A stretch of DNA of 64,000 bases from Chromatiaceae bacterium (GCA_024639005.1 JAHEJD010000005.1:15563-79562); one strand, 5' to 3'; positions 1 through 11,852 are shown, counted from the first letter of the stretch. Notes: generated by a model from the letters alone, not told the origin. Translations and numbers: made by a program.

Positions 1-2
1 AT

Positions 3-242
<240 letters not shown>

Positions 243-267
243 CGCTCGGTCGTCCGAACTGCTGTAG

Positions 268-2270
<2,003 letters not shown>

Positions 2271-2296
<26 letters not shown>

Positions 2297-2612
2297 GCAC
2301 CCCTTCGAGACTCGCATAGTAGGCGGCGAGGTTTTCGAGGTCCTCCTCGGACAACGCCGCCACCATCCCCTGCATGATGGCGTTCTTGCGTTCCCCGGAC
2401 TTGTAGCCCTTGAGGGAGTGCAGCAGATAGTCTTCGTACTGCCCGCCGATATGCGGATAGATCGGTGCTGCGCTGACCCCGGTCTCGCCATGGCAGGCGA
2501 TGCAGGTGGTAGCCTTTTCTTTACCCAACGCAGGATCGCCGCCGGCGTGGGCCAGCGTTGTGCCGAGGGCCAATGCGGCCGCGGTCGAAATCAATAATCG
2601 ATTCATCGTCAT
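2271..2612 (-). CDS. Secreted monoheme class I cytochrome c (resembles one half of cytochrome c4)
   Basis: The start is refined to ATG 2612 (MTMNRLLISTAAALALGTTLAHA signal peptide) with GAGGGGG just upstream. There is a single CIACH haem motif and a distal Met region (AIMQGMV). The 246-aa track ORF is an upstream read-through. Confidence 0.8.
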
Positions 2613-2617
2613 CCCCC

Positions 2618-2935
2618 TCACTTTCCCAGATCCTGCCAGAACGCGGCGATGTCCACCATGTCTTGTTCGCTCATACTCAGCGCCTGGGCATTCATAGTCG
2701 GATGGATGCGCTGGTTGTCCCGATAGGCCTTGAGCGCGGCCACGATATAGTCGGCCTGCTGACCGCTGAGCTTGGGTACATGGTAGGTCGGGTAGGTGTT
2801 GTGATAAGTGGGGATGCCATGGCACCCCAGGCAAGGCTCTGACTTGATGCGCCCGGCAGCGGCATCGCCGGCGGCCAGCCCGGCCGAGGACGCGACCAGC
2901 AGACTGACCGCGGCTGCAGCGAGTAAGGATTTCAT
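2618..2935 (-). CDS. Secreted monoheme class I cytochrome c (second c4-half-like gene)
   Basis: The start is refined to ATG 2935 (MKSLLAAAAVSLLVASSAGLAAG signal peptide). There is a single CLGCH motif and a downstream Met (HPTMNAQ). It ends 5 nt before the next cytochrome gene. Confidence 0.8.
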   Translation of the reverse strand: MKSLLAAAAVSLLVASSAGLAAGDAAAGRIKSEPCLGCHGIPTYHNTYPTYHVPKLSGQQADYIVAALKAYRDNQRIHPTMNAQALSMSEQDMVDIAAFWQDLGK

Positions 2936-3097
2936 GGTGTTTTCTCCTGTGCGGTTCGTCATGGTTGAGCGATACGTCGCTTCTGGGCGGGTATAACCCA
3001 GCTGGCAGCATTTTAGAGACCCGGACGGTGGCTGCATAGGCGCCGGTCGCAAGGGTTTTTTCTGTGCCTGCAAGGGCAGTTTATAGGGCATGGCGGC

Positions 3098-3907
3098 TCA
3101 GTGCTGGCACGACGGGCAATAGGCGCTTGCCCGCTGCCCGATCGGACGGGTCTTGAGCCGCGATCCGCAGCGTTTGCACGGCTGCCCCGCCCGCCCGTAG
3201 ACAAAGAGCTCCTGGGCGAAGTAGCCAGGCTGTCCGGATTCGTTCAGGAAGTCGCGCAGGGTCGTGCCGCCGCGTGCAATTGCATAATCGAGCACGGACT
3301 TGACCTCGCTGACCAGCTGCTCGAGCCGCGCACGCGAGATCCGTCGGCAGCTGCGCTGCGGATGGATACCGGCGCGAAACAGCGCCTCGGTGGCGTAGAT
3401 GTTGCCGACACCGACCACGACCTGCCCGTCCATCAGCAGCGTCTTGATGGCGACTCGCCGGCGGGTCGCCACGGCGTGCAGGTAGGCGCCATCAAATGCG
3501 GTCGACAGGGGTTCCGGGCCCAGACCCCGGAGACGCGGGTGCGCCAGCGGGTCGTCTTCAGTCCACAGCATGGCGCCGAAGCGACGCGGGTCGTGCAGGC
3601 GCAGACACTGCTCGTCGAAAAGGATATCAACATGATCGTGGATCCGCGGCGGGCTGGCCGCCGGCAGCAGACGCAGGCTCCCGGACATGCCGAGATGAAT
3701 GATCAGGGTGCCGCGCTCCAGGCGTATCAGCAGGTATTTGGCACGCCGCTCTACGGCTTTTACGTGCTGTCCCACCAGCAGGCGCCCCAGCGGGGGTACT
3801 GGCCAGCGCAGCTGCAGCTGGCGAACCACTGCGCCGGTGATGACCCGCTGCACCAGATAAGGCGCAATACCGCGGCGGGTGGTCTCGACCTCGGGTAGTT
3901 CGGGCAT
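3098..3907 (-). CDS. mutM: Formamidopyrimidine-DNA glycosylase
   Basis: The N-terminus MPELPEVETTRRGI contains the catalytic Pro2/Glu3. The C-terminus has the zinc finger CKRCGSRLKTRPIGQRASAYCPSCQ. Confidence 0.95.
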   Translation of the reverse strand: MPELPEVETTRRGIAPYLVQRVITGAVVRQLQLRWPVPPLGRLLVGQHVKAVERRAKYLLIRLERGTLIIHLGMSGSLRLLPAASPPRIHDHVDILFDEQCLRLHDPRRFGAMLWTEDDPLAHPRLRGLGPEPLSTAFDGAYLHAVATRRRVAIKTLLMDGQVVVGVGNIYATEALFRAGIHPQRSCRRISRARLEQLVSEVKSVLDYAIARGGTTLRDFLNESGQPGYFAQELFVYGRAGQPCKRCGSRLKTRPIGQRASAYCPSCQH

Positions 3908-3915
3908 ATCTAGGG

Positions 3916-4398
3916 TCAGGGGCTGACAAAGTGCTGCGCTGGCAGGGAGAGCAGATTGAAGTAGACATCGTCGATCACCCGCACCTCGTCATCGAACAGC
4001 ACATAGCGATAGTTCTGGGTGGGATCCCGGTCGCCGAACGTCAGTCGGGTGTCGTCGATCTGCAGCACTGCGGTCGGCGGGTCGAGACCGAATTGTGCCA
4101 GGTCTGGCCCGGCCTGGAAGCGTTGCAGGACCGGTGCGCGGGCCACCGCCAACAATTGTGCGACACGGTGTTCGTCGGCCGCGGCTTGCCGCGGATGGAC
4201 CAGCCGCCAGCCTTCGCCTTCGCGCTGCAGGGCGAACCGCAGCGCGCGGCCGCGCTCGACCCGCAGTGCGGTGGCCGTTGTGGGCGAAAGGTCGGTCAGG
4301 GTGGCGGTCTGCCCGGAGTCAACCGGCCAGCGATCGACCACCAACAGGACCAGCGCACAGGCGGCGAGGGCCACATTGGCCCGCGTCCAGCGGTTCAT
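3916..4398 (-). CDS. Membrane-anchored hypothetical protein (DUF4340-like), last gene of the ABC-2/GldG cluster
   Basis: The start is refined to ATG 4396-4398 (MNRWTRANVALAACALVLLVV), which forms an ATGA overlap with the upstream stop. It has a single N-terminal TM segment. The family assignment is from memory of GldG-cluster context. Confidence 0.6.
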   Translation of the reverse strand: MNRWTRANVALAACALVLLVVDRWPVDSGQTATLTDLSPTTATALRVERGRALRFALQREGEGWRLVHPRQAAADEHRVAQLLAVARAPVLQRFQAGPDLAQFGLDPPTAVLQIDDTRLTFGDRDPTQNYRYVLFDDEVRVIDDVYFNLLSLPAQHFVSP

Positions 4399-5690
4399 GC
4401 CCGGCGCCGCCTGTGTCGCGACCACAGGCCGAGCGCAAGATACACGGCCGGCACCAGGCCCATCAGCGCGAGTGCCAGGACGCCGGCGACCTGCGGGGAC
4501 CAGTCGATATCGAGGTCCTGTGCCGGGGTAGGTGCGGCGAGCGCCTCATTGTCGCTCAACCAGTTCAGCAGGCCCAGCGCGAGCGTCAGGTTGTCGGCCT
4601 GCCCCACCTGGTCGTTGCCGAGCAATTCGCGGCTGCCCAGGATCAAGACCCGCTGGCGCTGGTTATCGCCCCTGCGCTGCAGCGCGACAGCGACGGTTAT
4701 CGGGCCGGCGTTTTCTCCCAGTTCGGGGTCCCGCGTGATCTGCCCGCGCAGGTCGCCGGTTTCGTTCCAACTGCGCGGGCTGCTCTCGAGACGGGCCGCC
4801 GGCCGCCAGTCTGGGTGATCGCCGACGCGCAGTCCGCGCGCATGCTTCATGACGCTGTGGCCGTCAGGCGGCTGCGGCAACAGCGCCGCCGGGTAATCGC
4901 TGATGACCGCGTTGTCGGGGCTTTCCAGGCCATTGCTGGCGGCTGCCGCATCCACCACGATGCCCGGCAGCAGACCGATGCCGAACTGGTCATCGATCCA
5001 GGGCGAAGGGCCGTCACCCACCAGCCACAGCAGACTGCCGCCGTCGTCGAGAAAACGCGAGATCAGGTCCTCGACCGGCGGCGCATGGCGCCGCTGCGGA
5101 CCGCTGACCAGCAGCACTGCGGTGTTGTCGGGGAGGCTGTCGATAGATCCCGAGTCCACGGAAAGCATGCGGTAGCCGAGGCGTTCGGCGTGCCCGGCGA
5201 GGGTCGCCAGCCCACCCGGCGATGGGTCGATCTGGGCCTCACCATGGCCGGTGAGATTGACGATCCAACGTTCGCCGCGCAGGGCCATGCGGGCCAGCGC
5301 CGCGTCGATCGCTGCGGCCGTCGGTTCGGCGATGACCTCGTGGCGCTGGGCGCTGCGCAGATGCAGTTCACCGTGTCTCGCGACGCCGGCCTCGCGTGCC
5401 AGGGTCGGTTCCTCCACCGGGTCGACAAAGCGTAATGTGGGTCGGCTCAGGTGGGCCAGATAGGGTGCCAACAGACGCCGCAGCTTCGCGCGCGTCAGCG
5501 CATAGTCAGGCACGAACGCGGTTAGCTCGAGTGGCGCGGCAAGCGCGTCGAGGGCCCGCGCCGCGGCCGTGCTCAGCGTGTGACTGCGTTGCGCCGTGAG
5601 ATCCAGCTGCCAGCCATGGTGTTGGCTGACCCGCGCAGCCAGGATCACGCAGGCGATCAGCAGCGTCGGAAAGAGCAGGCGTTTGAGCAT
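4395..5690 (-). CDS. GldG-like auxiliary component of an ABC-2 transporter
   Basis: The true start is ATG 5688-5690 (MLKRLLFPTLLIACVILAA), which overlaps the permease stop as TAATG. It has N- and C-terminal TM anchors (C-terminal VLALALMGLVPAVYLALGLW) and a large extracytoplasmic body. The 669-aa track ORF is an out-of-frame upstream extension. Confidence 0.75.
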   Translation of the reverse strand: MLKRLLFPTLLIACVILAARVSQHHGWQLDLTAQRSHTLSTAAARALDALAAPLELTAFVPDYALTRAKLRRLLAPYLAHLSRPTLRFVDPVEEPTLAREAGVARHGELHLRSAQRHEVIAEPTAAAIDAALARMALRGERWIVNLTGHGEAQIDPSPGGLATLAGHAERLGYRMLSVDSGSIDSLPDNTAVLLVSGPQRRHAPPVEDLISRFLDDGGSLLWLVGDGPSPWIDDQFGIGLLPGIVVDAAAASNGLESPDNAVISDYPAALLPQPPDGHSVMKHARGLRVGDHPDWRPAARLESSPRSWNETGDLRGQITRDPELGENAGPITVAVALQRRGDNQRQRVLILGSRELLGNDQVGQADNLTLALGLLNWLSDNEALAAPTPAQDLDIDWSPQVAGVLALALMGLVPAVYLALGLWSRHRRRRA

Positions 5691-6430
5691 TAGATCTCCC
5701 CCCGCCGACGGGCCAGCGTGTAGCTGGCCAGCCACACCGCGCCGATGCCGGTGCTGAGGAAGAACGCAATGTCCTGACTGCGCAACAGGCCCTGCAGCCA
5801 GGGTTGTGTATGCGGCAGCAGCGCGAGCCAGTACCAGGCAGCCTCGGGTCCGCTCAGTGAGTCCAGCAACCACAGAAACAGCAGGATGCCATAGCTGGCC
5901 GCCAGTGCGGCCGCCGGATGATCGAACAGTCCCGAGATGCACAGGCTCAGGCCACACAGCCAGAGGCTGAACAGCAAGACACCGGCGACGGTCAACGCCA
6001 GGCGCGGCCAGTCCAGCGCGATGCCCATCCCCAGCGCCGCCAGCGTGATGCTGACGCTGAGCACCAACGGCAGGCTCGCCAGCCACAGTCCCAGGGTCTT
6101 GCCGAGCGCAATCTGGCCGCTGCCAACCGGCGACGACAGCCAGACGGCGATGCGACCGCTGCGGATCTCGCCGGCCAGGCTGCCCATCGCCAGCAGAGGT
6201 ATGCCGAGCAGCAACAGCAGCGTCAGGCTGTTGAAGCTTGGCATCACCACCAGGTCGGTTGCGCCGAGCGTCGATCCGCCGGCCTTGAGCTGAGGCGCGA
6301 TCTTGGCGAAGCTCTCGAGCTGCGCAAAGGCAAGCCAGGCGATAATCAGTTGACCAAACGCCAACAGCAGCCAGAACATCATGCCGGCGCGCAGGCGTCG
6401 CCACTCATGCAGTGCGATCTCCCAGATCAT
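5690..6430 (-). CDS. ABC-2 type transporter permease
   Basis: This 246-aa polytopic membrane protein (MIWEIALHEWRRLRAGMMFWLLLAF) has an ATGA overlap (6427-6430) with the upstream ATPase gene. Confidence 0.8.
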   Translation of the reverse strand: MIWEIALHEWRRLRAGMMFWLLLAFGQLIIAWLAFAQLESFAKIAPQLKAGGSTLGATDLVVMPSFNSLTLLLLLGIPLLAMGSLAGEIRSGRIAVWLSSPVGSGQIALGKTLGLWLASLPLVLSVSITLAALGMGIALDWPRLALTVAGVLLFSLWLCGLSLCISGLFDHPAAALAASYGILLFLWLLDSLSGPEAAWYWLALLPHTQPWLQGLLRSQDIAFFLSTGIGAVWLASYTLARRRGEI

Positions 6431-7152
6431 GCGCCTGCCCCCATCCCGTCGGTGTCCGCACGATGGCGAAAATGTGCCAGCAGGTCGGTCTCCGACGTGA
6501 CCGCGTGCTGCGCGGTCTTACGCCCGCTGTCGAGCAGGATGACGCTGCTGCACAGCAGCTGCACATCTTCCAACAGGTGCGTGGACAGGATCAGACTGCG
6601 TTCGGTGCTGAGTTGCCGCAACAGCTCCCTGATCTGTTGTGTCTGCAGCGGGTCAAGGCCGGCGGTCGGCTCATCGAGGATCAGGATGTCGGGATGATGC
6701 AGTACCGCCTGCGCCAGGCCGAGGCGCTGCGCCATGCCGGCCGACAGGCTGCCCGCCAGGCGAGCCGCGACGCTGCCGAGCTGCACCTGCTGCAATGCGT
6801 CGTCGATTGCGGTCTTCAAGGCCTGGCGTTGGAGGCCGCGCAGTCTGCCCGCCCAGTTCAGATTCTCGGTCACCGACAGCTCGGGGTAGGCGGGCACACG
6901 CTGTGGCAGAAAGCCGATGTGGCGGCGCAGCAAGGGCGGCGCCAGGCGCAGCGGCTGACCGAGGACAAATACCTCACCACGGGTGGGCGCAAGCACGCCG
7001 GCGAGGACCTGCATCAAGGTCGATTTGCCCGCACCGTTGACCCCGAGCAGGCCGAGTCGTTCGCCTGGCTGCAGCTCGAGGTCGATGTCTTCAAGCCGCG
7101 GCCGCCGTTTCGGTCCGTAGCTTATGTCTTGCGCGCGCAGCAGGGTCTCCAT
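6427..7152 (-). CDS. ABC transporter ATP-binding protein
   Basis: It carries Walker A GVNGAGKST, the signature LSAGMAQR and Walker B ILILDEP. Confidence 0.9.
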   Translation of the reverse strand: METLLRAQDISYGPKRRPRLEDIDLELQPGERLGLLGVNGAGKSTLMQVLAGVLAPTRGEVFVLGQPLRLAPPLLRRHIGFLPQRVPAYPELSVTENLNWAGRLRGLQRQALKTAIDDALQQVQLGSVAARLAGSLSAGMAQRLGLAQAVLHHPDILILDEPTAGLDPLQTQQIRELLRQLSTERSLILSTHLLEDVQLLCSSVILLDSGRKTAQHAVTSETDLLAHFRHRADTDGMGAGA

Positions 7153-7215
7153 GCGGCGGCAGGGTACCGTGCGCGACGCCGATTGCGAAGCCTAAGCGCG
7201 TGAATCGTCCGTAGA

Positions 7216-9198
7216 ATGGCGCGCATGATCAGACTGGGTGTGGATACTGGCGGCACCTTTACCGACTTCGTATTGCTCGATGAGCAGGGTGGGGTTCGCG
7301 TACACAAGGTGCTGTCGACGCCTGAGGCGCCGGAGGCGGCCATTCTGCGTGGCGTCGCCGAACTCGGCCTGGATACGTCGTGCCTGCAGATGGTGCACGG
7401 TTCGACGGTGGCGACCAATGCGGTGCTGGAGGGCAAAGGGGTGGAGGCCCTGTATATCGCCAACCGGGGTTTCGCCGATCTATTGACCATCGGCCGCCAG
7501 CAGCGTGCTGCGCTCTACGATCTGCAGCCGCCGGTCGCGGAGGCGCCGGTCCCGGAAGGGCATTGCCTCGAGACCGGCGGCCGGTTGGGTGCCGACGGCC
7601 GTCCGATCGAGTCGCTGTCCGAGGCCGATCTGGCCGACCTGCGTGCCGCGGTGGAACGACTGGCGCCGCAGGCGGTGGCGGTCAATCTGTTGTTCTCTTA
7701 TCTGGACCCGAGGCTCGAGGAACGTATCGCGGCCGCCATGCCCGACGGTGTGTTCGTATCCCTGTCTTCGCGCGTCCTGCCCGAGATCCGCGAATACGAA
7801 CGCGGCATGGCCACCTGGCTCAACGCCTGGATTGGCCCGCGGGTGGCGGGTTACCTGGCGCGCCTGCGCGGCGGTCTGCGCGATGTGCCGATCTCGGTGA
7901 TGCAGAGCTCGGGCGACACCGTGGCGGCGCTGCAGGCGGCCGACCACGCCGTACGCATGCTGTTATCCGGTCCGGCCGGCGGTCTGGTCGCTGCGCGCGA
8001 GGTCGGCGCAGCGGGCGGTCACCAGCGACTCTTGACCTTCGATATGGGCGGCACATCGACCGATGTCGCGCTGGTCGACGCGGAACCGCGGTTGACCACC
8101 GAGGGCAGCATCGGGCGGTTCCCGGTCGCCGTTCCGATGGTCGATATGCATACCATCGGCGCGGGTGGTGGCTCGATTGCCTGGCTGGATACGGGCAGTA
8201 TGCTGCAGGTCGGACCGCAGTCTGCCGGCGCGGTACCCGGGCCGGCCTGTTACGGGCGTGGCGGCGACCTGCCGACGGTGACCGACGCCAACCTGGTGCT
8301 CGGGCGGCTACAACCCGACGCCTTCCTCGGCGGCGACATGCGCCTGGAGCGCACCGCGGCCGTGAAGGCAATCGAGGGTCTCGCCGTGGGCATGCACTGC
8401 AGTGTGGAGCAGGCGGCTGCAGATATCGTTGCGGTGGCCAATGAACTCATGGCCCAGGCGCTGCGCAGTATTTCGATCAGGCGTGGTGCAGACCCGCGGG
8501 AACACGTCTTGGTCTCTTTCGGTGGCGCAGGGGGTCTGCATGTCTGCGCGCTGGCCGAGCTGCTCGAGATACCGGCCGCCATGGTGCCCGTGCACGGTGG
8601 GGTATTGTCTGCGCTTGGCATGCTGGCCGCGCGGCCTGGGCGCCAGCTGTCACGCACGCTGATCGGGCTATTGTCTGAACTGTCAGTGTCGAGTCTGGAG
8701 GCCGCATTCACCGAGCTGCGCGGACAGGGATTCAATGCGCTGCGGGACGAGGGCTTCGAGATCGGCGACTGCGATGCCCTGGCCTCGGTCGATGTGCGGT
8801 ATCTAGGTCAATCCTACACGCTTAATCTGCCCTGGCAGGGCCCGCGGCAGACTATCGAGGCCTTCCATGCGATGCATCTGCAGCGCTATGGCCATCGCCT
8901 GGACCTCCCGGTCGAGCTGGTCAATTTGCGGCAGTGGGTGCGCGGGCCCGCCACGCGGGTAGTGCTGCCGCGCCTGGCAAACGCGCCGGCCGCGCAGCCG
9001 TTCGCGCGCTGCGCCGTAGCCGGCATCGCGGCCGAGTCGGCGCAATATTGGCGTGACGCCCTGGTCGCTGGGCAGGCGATCAACGGTCCAGCCCTGATCT
9101 GTGAGCGTGTGGCGACGACATGGGTCGCACCCGGGTGGGCGTTGGCCGTCGACGGCGTAGGGAATCTGCAGCTCAGTCGTCGTCCAGCATCGCCATGA
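7216..9198 (+). CDS. Hydantoinase/oxoprolinase family protein (HyuA-type subunit)
   Basis: This 660-aa ORF has an N-terminal LGVDTGGTFTDFVLLD phosphate-binding motif and an internal LLTFDMGGTSTDV motif, both typical of hydantoinase A / 5-oxoprolinase A. The start could instead be ATG 7225. Confidence 0.85.
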   Translation: MARMIRLGVDTGGTFTDFVLLDEQGGVRVHKVLSTPEAPEAAILRGVAELGLDTSCLQMVHGSTVATNAVLEGKGVEALYIANRGFADLLTIGRQQRAALYDLQPPVAEAPVPEGHCLETGGRLGADGRPIESLSEADLADLRAAVERLAPQAVAVNLLFSYLDPRLEERIAAAMPDGVFVSLSSRVLPEIREYERGMATWLNAWIGPRVAGYLARLRGGLRDVPISVMQSSGDTVAALQAADHAVRMLLSGPAGGLVAAREVGAAGGHQRLLTFDMGGTSTDVALVDAEPRLTTEGSIGRFPVAVPMVDMHTIGAGGGSIAWLDTGSMLQVGPQSAGAVPGPACYGRGGDLPTVTDANLVLGRLQPDAFLGGDMRLERTAAVKAIEGLAVGMHCSVEQAAADIVAVANELMAQALRSISIRRGADPREHVLVSFGGAGGLHVCALAELLEIPAAMVPVHGGVLSALGMLAARPGRQLSRTLIGLLSELSVSSLEAAFTELRGQGFNALRDEGFEIGDCDALASVDVRYLGQSYTLNLPWQGPRQTIEAFHAMHLQRYGHRLDLPVELVNLRQWVRGPATRVVLPRLANAPAAQPFARCAVAGIAAESAQYWRDALVAGQAINGPALICERVATTWVAPGWALAVDGVGNLQLSRRPASP

Positions 9199-10411
9199 TG
9201 CCGAATGCCGTCTCGGAACTCGCGGCAAAGGCCTCGCTGAGGTCGGCCGGCGACACCGCGGCGCACAGCTTGTTCGGCCACTCGTTGCGCTCCAGGCGTA
9301 TGACGCCGTCGAGCAGCTCGCCGTAGCTGCCCTCGTGATGCGTCAGCCCACGCTTGATATCTTCGGGCAGCGGGAGCTGTTTTGTCAGCTCGGTGAGCGG
9401 ACGCGACAGCATGGCGTCCAATACGGACAGCAGCCCGACCGTGTAGGCTGCGTCGGGCAGACCCTTGCCGCACAATTTGCTCAGGCGCTCGCACAGATTG
9501 GCGCGCAGCAGGCCGAGGTTTAGAATTTCGATCGGGCGGCTGCCCAGCCCGGCCATGGCGAATAGGGTTGCCCAGGCGCGGATGCGCTCCAGGCCCATCA
9601 GCACCACGGCGTGCTGGATCGATTCGATGCGGTTGCGCAGACCCGAGGCGGCAGAGTTGACGTAGCGCAGGACCTTGAAGCTCAGGCCCGGATCCTGGCT
9701 GACCAGGCGGACGACCTCCGCCATCTGGACATTTGGATCGTTGAGGCGGGCCAGCAGCTCCATCACCATGGCGGCGTTCTCGCCGACGCGTCTCGACTGC
9801 ACCAGACTGGGGCGGGCGAAGAAGTACCCTTGGAAGTAATCGAATCCAAGCGCCTTGAGCTGTTCGAACTGTTCGCAGGTCTCAACCTTTTCGGCGAGCA
9901 GCTTGGCCCCTGTCGCACGCAGCATGGGCAGGCTTTGCGCCAAGCTCGGCATGCCCTCCGCCGTTATCTCCACCTTGATGTAGTCCACCAGCGGTAGAAT
10001 GGGGGCGAGGTGCGGCTGAAAGGCATAGTCGTCCATGGCCAGCGCGAAACCCTGGCGGGCCATGCCGGTGATCCCGGCAAGCAGGACGTCGTCGACCTCG
10101 ACGTCCTCGAGCACCTCCAGAACCACCCGGTCCTGATCGAAGGGGATCGGTGGCATGTCGACAAAAAAATGCCGGGTGAGATTGATGAAGGCCTTGTGCG
10201 GCCCAGTGAGGCGATCCAGGCCGATCTCCATGAAGGCATTCAGCAGGGTAATCGACGAGGCCTGATTACCGTCGGTGATGTTGCAGTCGCCGCCGGCGTC
10301 CCGGTACAACAGTTCATAACCAAAGACCTGGAGATCACGGTCGAAAATCGCCTGCCGAGCGACCTGAATTGTGTCGCCTGGGCTGTCTACGGATGGCATG
10401 GAGGACTGCAT
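9173..10411 (-). CDS. EAL plus HDOD domain signalling protein (predicted c-di-GMP related)
   Basis: The N-terminal half has EAL-type motifs: YELLYRD, INLT, LEVLED, MDDY, IKVE, AEKVET and QGYFFARP. The C-terminal half is HDOD-like (LSFKVLRYVNSAASG). Confidence 0.85.
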   Translation of the reverse strand: MQSSMPSVDSPGDTIQVARQAIFDRDLQVFGYELLYRDAGGDCNITDGNQASSITLLNAFMEIGLDRLTGPHKAFINLTRHFFVDMPPIPFDQDRVVLEVLEDVEVDDVLLAGITGMARQGFALAMDDYAFQPHLAPILPLVDYIKVEITAEGMPSLAQSLPMLRATGAKLLAEKVETCEQFEQLKALGFDYFQGYFFARPSLVQSRRVGENAAMVMELLARLNDPNVQMAEVVRLVSQDPGLSFKVLRYVNSAASGLRNRIESIQHAVVLMGLERIRAWATLFAMAGLGSRPIEILNLGLLRANLCERLSKLCGKGLPDAAYTVGLLSVLDAMLSRPLTELTKQLPLPEDIKRGLTHHEGSYGELLDGVIRLERNEWPNKLCAAVSPADLSEAFAASSETAFGIMAMLDDD

Positions 10412-10593
10412 CTGCTCGTTTGTATTTCGGATCAGGGCGCCTGATTGGCTAGCGGCCGTGCCCTTCGTGGCTTGAACTACGTCTTTTGCAACGCCAAAGG
10501 GCTGGCAAGGGGCTATGATGGACGAACAATGAACCCGAGTCTGGCCCTCTGGTCTTACAGCAGCGGCCGGGCCTGCGACAAACGACTAGGAGA

Positions 10594-11778
10594 GTGCATT
10601 TGATAACCGACGGCTTACTCAATCTGACCGTGTGGCAGCTGGTTTTGGTGGTTTTGGGGCTGACGCACGTGACCATTGTGGCGGTCACGGTCTATCTGCA
10701 CCGGTGCCAGGCGCATCGGGCCCTGGACATGCACCCGGTGTTGGCGCATTTCTTCCGTTTCTGGCTGTGGCTGACGACCGGCATGGTGACCCGGGAATGG
10801 GTGGCGGTGCATCGTCGCCATCATGCCCGCTGTGAGACCGCAGAGGATCCGCACAGTCCGCAGGTGCTGGGTCTGCGAAAGGTGCTCTGGGAGGGCGCTG
10901 AGCTGTACCGCGATGCCGTCAAACGGTCGGACCTGATCGAACGTTACGCGCACGGTACTCCCAACGATTGGATCGATCGCAGGCTCTATCAACCCTACAG
11001 TGTCTTCGGCGTTTCGCTGCTGTTGATCATCGAATTTGTACTGTTCGGCATCCCAGGGATCGCCGTCTGGGCGATTCAGATGGTCTGGATACCGTTCTTC
11101 GCGGCCGGTGTCATCAATGGCATCGGCCATTTCTGGGGATACCGCAACTTCCAGTCACCGGATGCGGCGACCAATATCTCCCCCTGGGGCATCCTGATCG
11201 GTGGAGAGGAGCTGCACAACAACCATCACGCATTTCCGAGCTCGGCGAAGCTGTCGTCGCGCTGGTGGGAGTTCGACATTGGCTGGATGTACATCCGGCT
11301 GTTTTCGATGCTTGGCCTGGCCAGGGTACGACGCGTGGCGTGCAAGCCGGCAGTCGATTTGGCCAAGAGCGCGATCGACATAGAGACCGTCAAGGCCGTG
11401 ATCACGCACCGTATGCATATCCTGGCCAGCTACACGCGTGACGTCGTCAAGCCGGTTGCGGCTGCCGAGCTGTGTCGCAGCGAGCGGCATTGCCGCCGCC
11501 TGGCGCGTCAGGCACGTCGGCTCTTGATGCGCGAAGAGGCATCGATGGACGAGTCGAGCAGGAACAAGCTGGAGTCGATCCTCAAGAACAGTCAGGTACT
11601 GGCGACCGTGCACCGCTCACGCAAGCAGCTGCAGCAGGTGTGGGACCGCACCGCGTCCAGCCAGGAGGCATTGCTGGCCTCCCTGCAGCAGTGGTGTCAA
11701 GAGGCAGAGAGCAGCGGGATCAAGGCGCTGCAGGATTTCGCGCGCGGCCTGCGCAGCTATTACCCGGCGGTCGGCTGA
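10594..11778 (+). CDS. Membrane fatty-acid desaturase (acyl-CoA/acyl-lipid delta-9-like)
   Basis: It has the histidine boxes HRCQAH, HRRHHAR and HNNHHAF, plus N-terminal TM segments. The start may be GTG 10594 or TTG 10600 after AGGAG. Confidence 0.85.
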   Translation: MHLITDGLLNLTVWQLVLVVLGLTHVTIVAVTVYLHRCQAHRALDMHPVLAHFFRFWLWLTTGMVTREWVAVHRRHHARCETAEDPHSPQVLGLRKVLWEGAELYRDAVKRSDLIERYAHGTPNDWIDRRLYQPYSVFGVSLLLIIEFVLFGIPGIAVWAIQMVWIPFFAAGVINGIGHFWGYRNFQSPDAATNISPWGILIGGEELHNNHHAFPSSAKLSSRWWEFDIGWMYIRLFSMLGLARVRRVACKPAVDLAKSAIDIETVKAVITHRMHILASYTRDVVKPVAAAELCRSERHCRRLARQARRLLMREEASMDESSRNKLESILKNSQVLATVHRSRKQLQQVWDRTASSQEALLASLQQWCQEAESSGIKALQDFARGLRSYYPAVG

Positions 11779-11804
11779 GCGAACGTCAGGGCTTTGTGAG
11801 AGGC

Positions 11805-11834
11805 AAAAAAAGACCGCCGATCGGCGGTATTTTT
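11805..11834. terminator. Bidirectional intrinsic terminator between the convergent desaturase and rpmG genes
   Basis: An A-run (11805-11811) is followed by the stem accgcc/ggcggt (11813-11818 and 11823-11828) with loop gatc, then a T-run (11830-11834). Confidence 0.75.
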
Positions 11835-11852
11835 GTGCCTCAGTCAGCGCAG

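Noticed and set aside
3101-3898. A 265-aa ORF on the + strand exactly antisense to mutM
   Set aside because: It is a shadow ORF typical of GC-rich DNA. Its Arg/Ala/Gly/Pro-rich translation has no recognisable motif, whereas the opposite strand encodes an unmistakable Fpg.
4095-5435. A 446-aa + strand ORF antisense to the GldG-like gene, plus the nested ORFs 3931-4818 and 4019-4531
   Set aside because: The translations are low-complexity and Arg/Pro/Ala-rich. The minus strand carries a coherent, translationally coupled operon.
4395-6404. A 669-aa version of the GldG-like ORF
   Set aside because: The first ~238 codons run through the permease gene in another frame and translate to Arg/Gly/Ala-rich noise. 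A clean start (MLKRLLFPTLL) sits at 5690, overlapping the permease stop.
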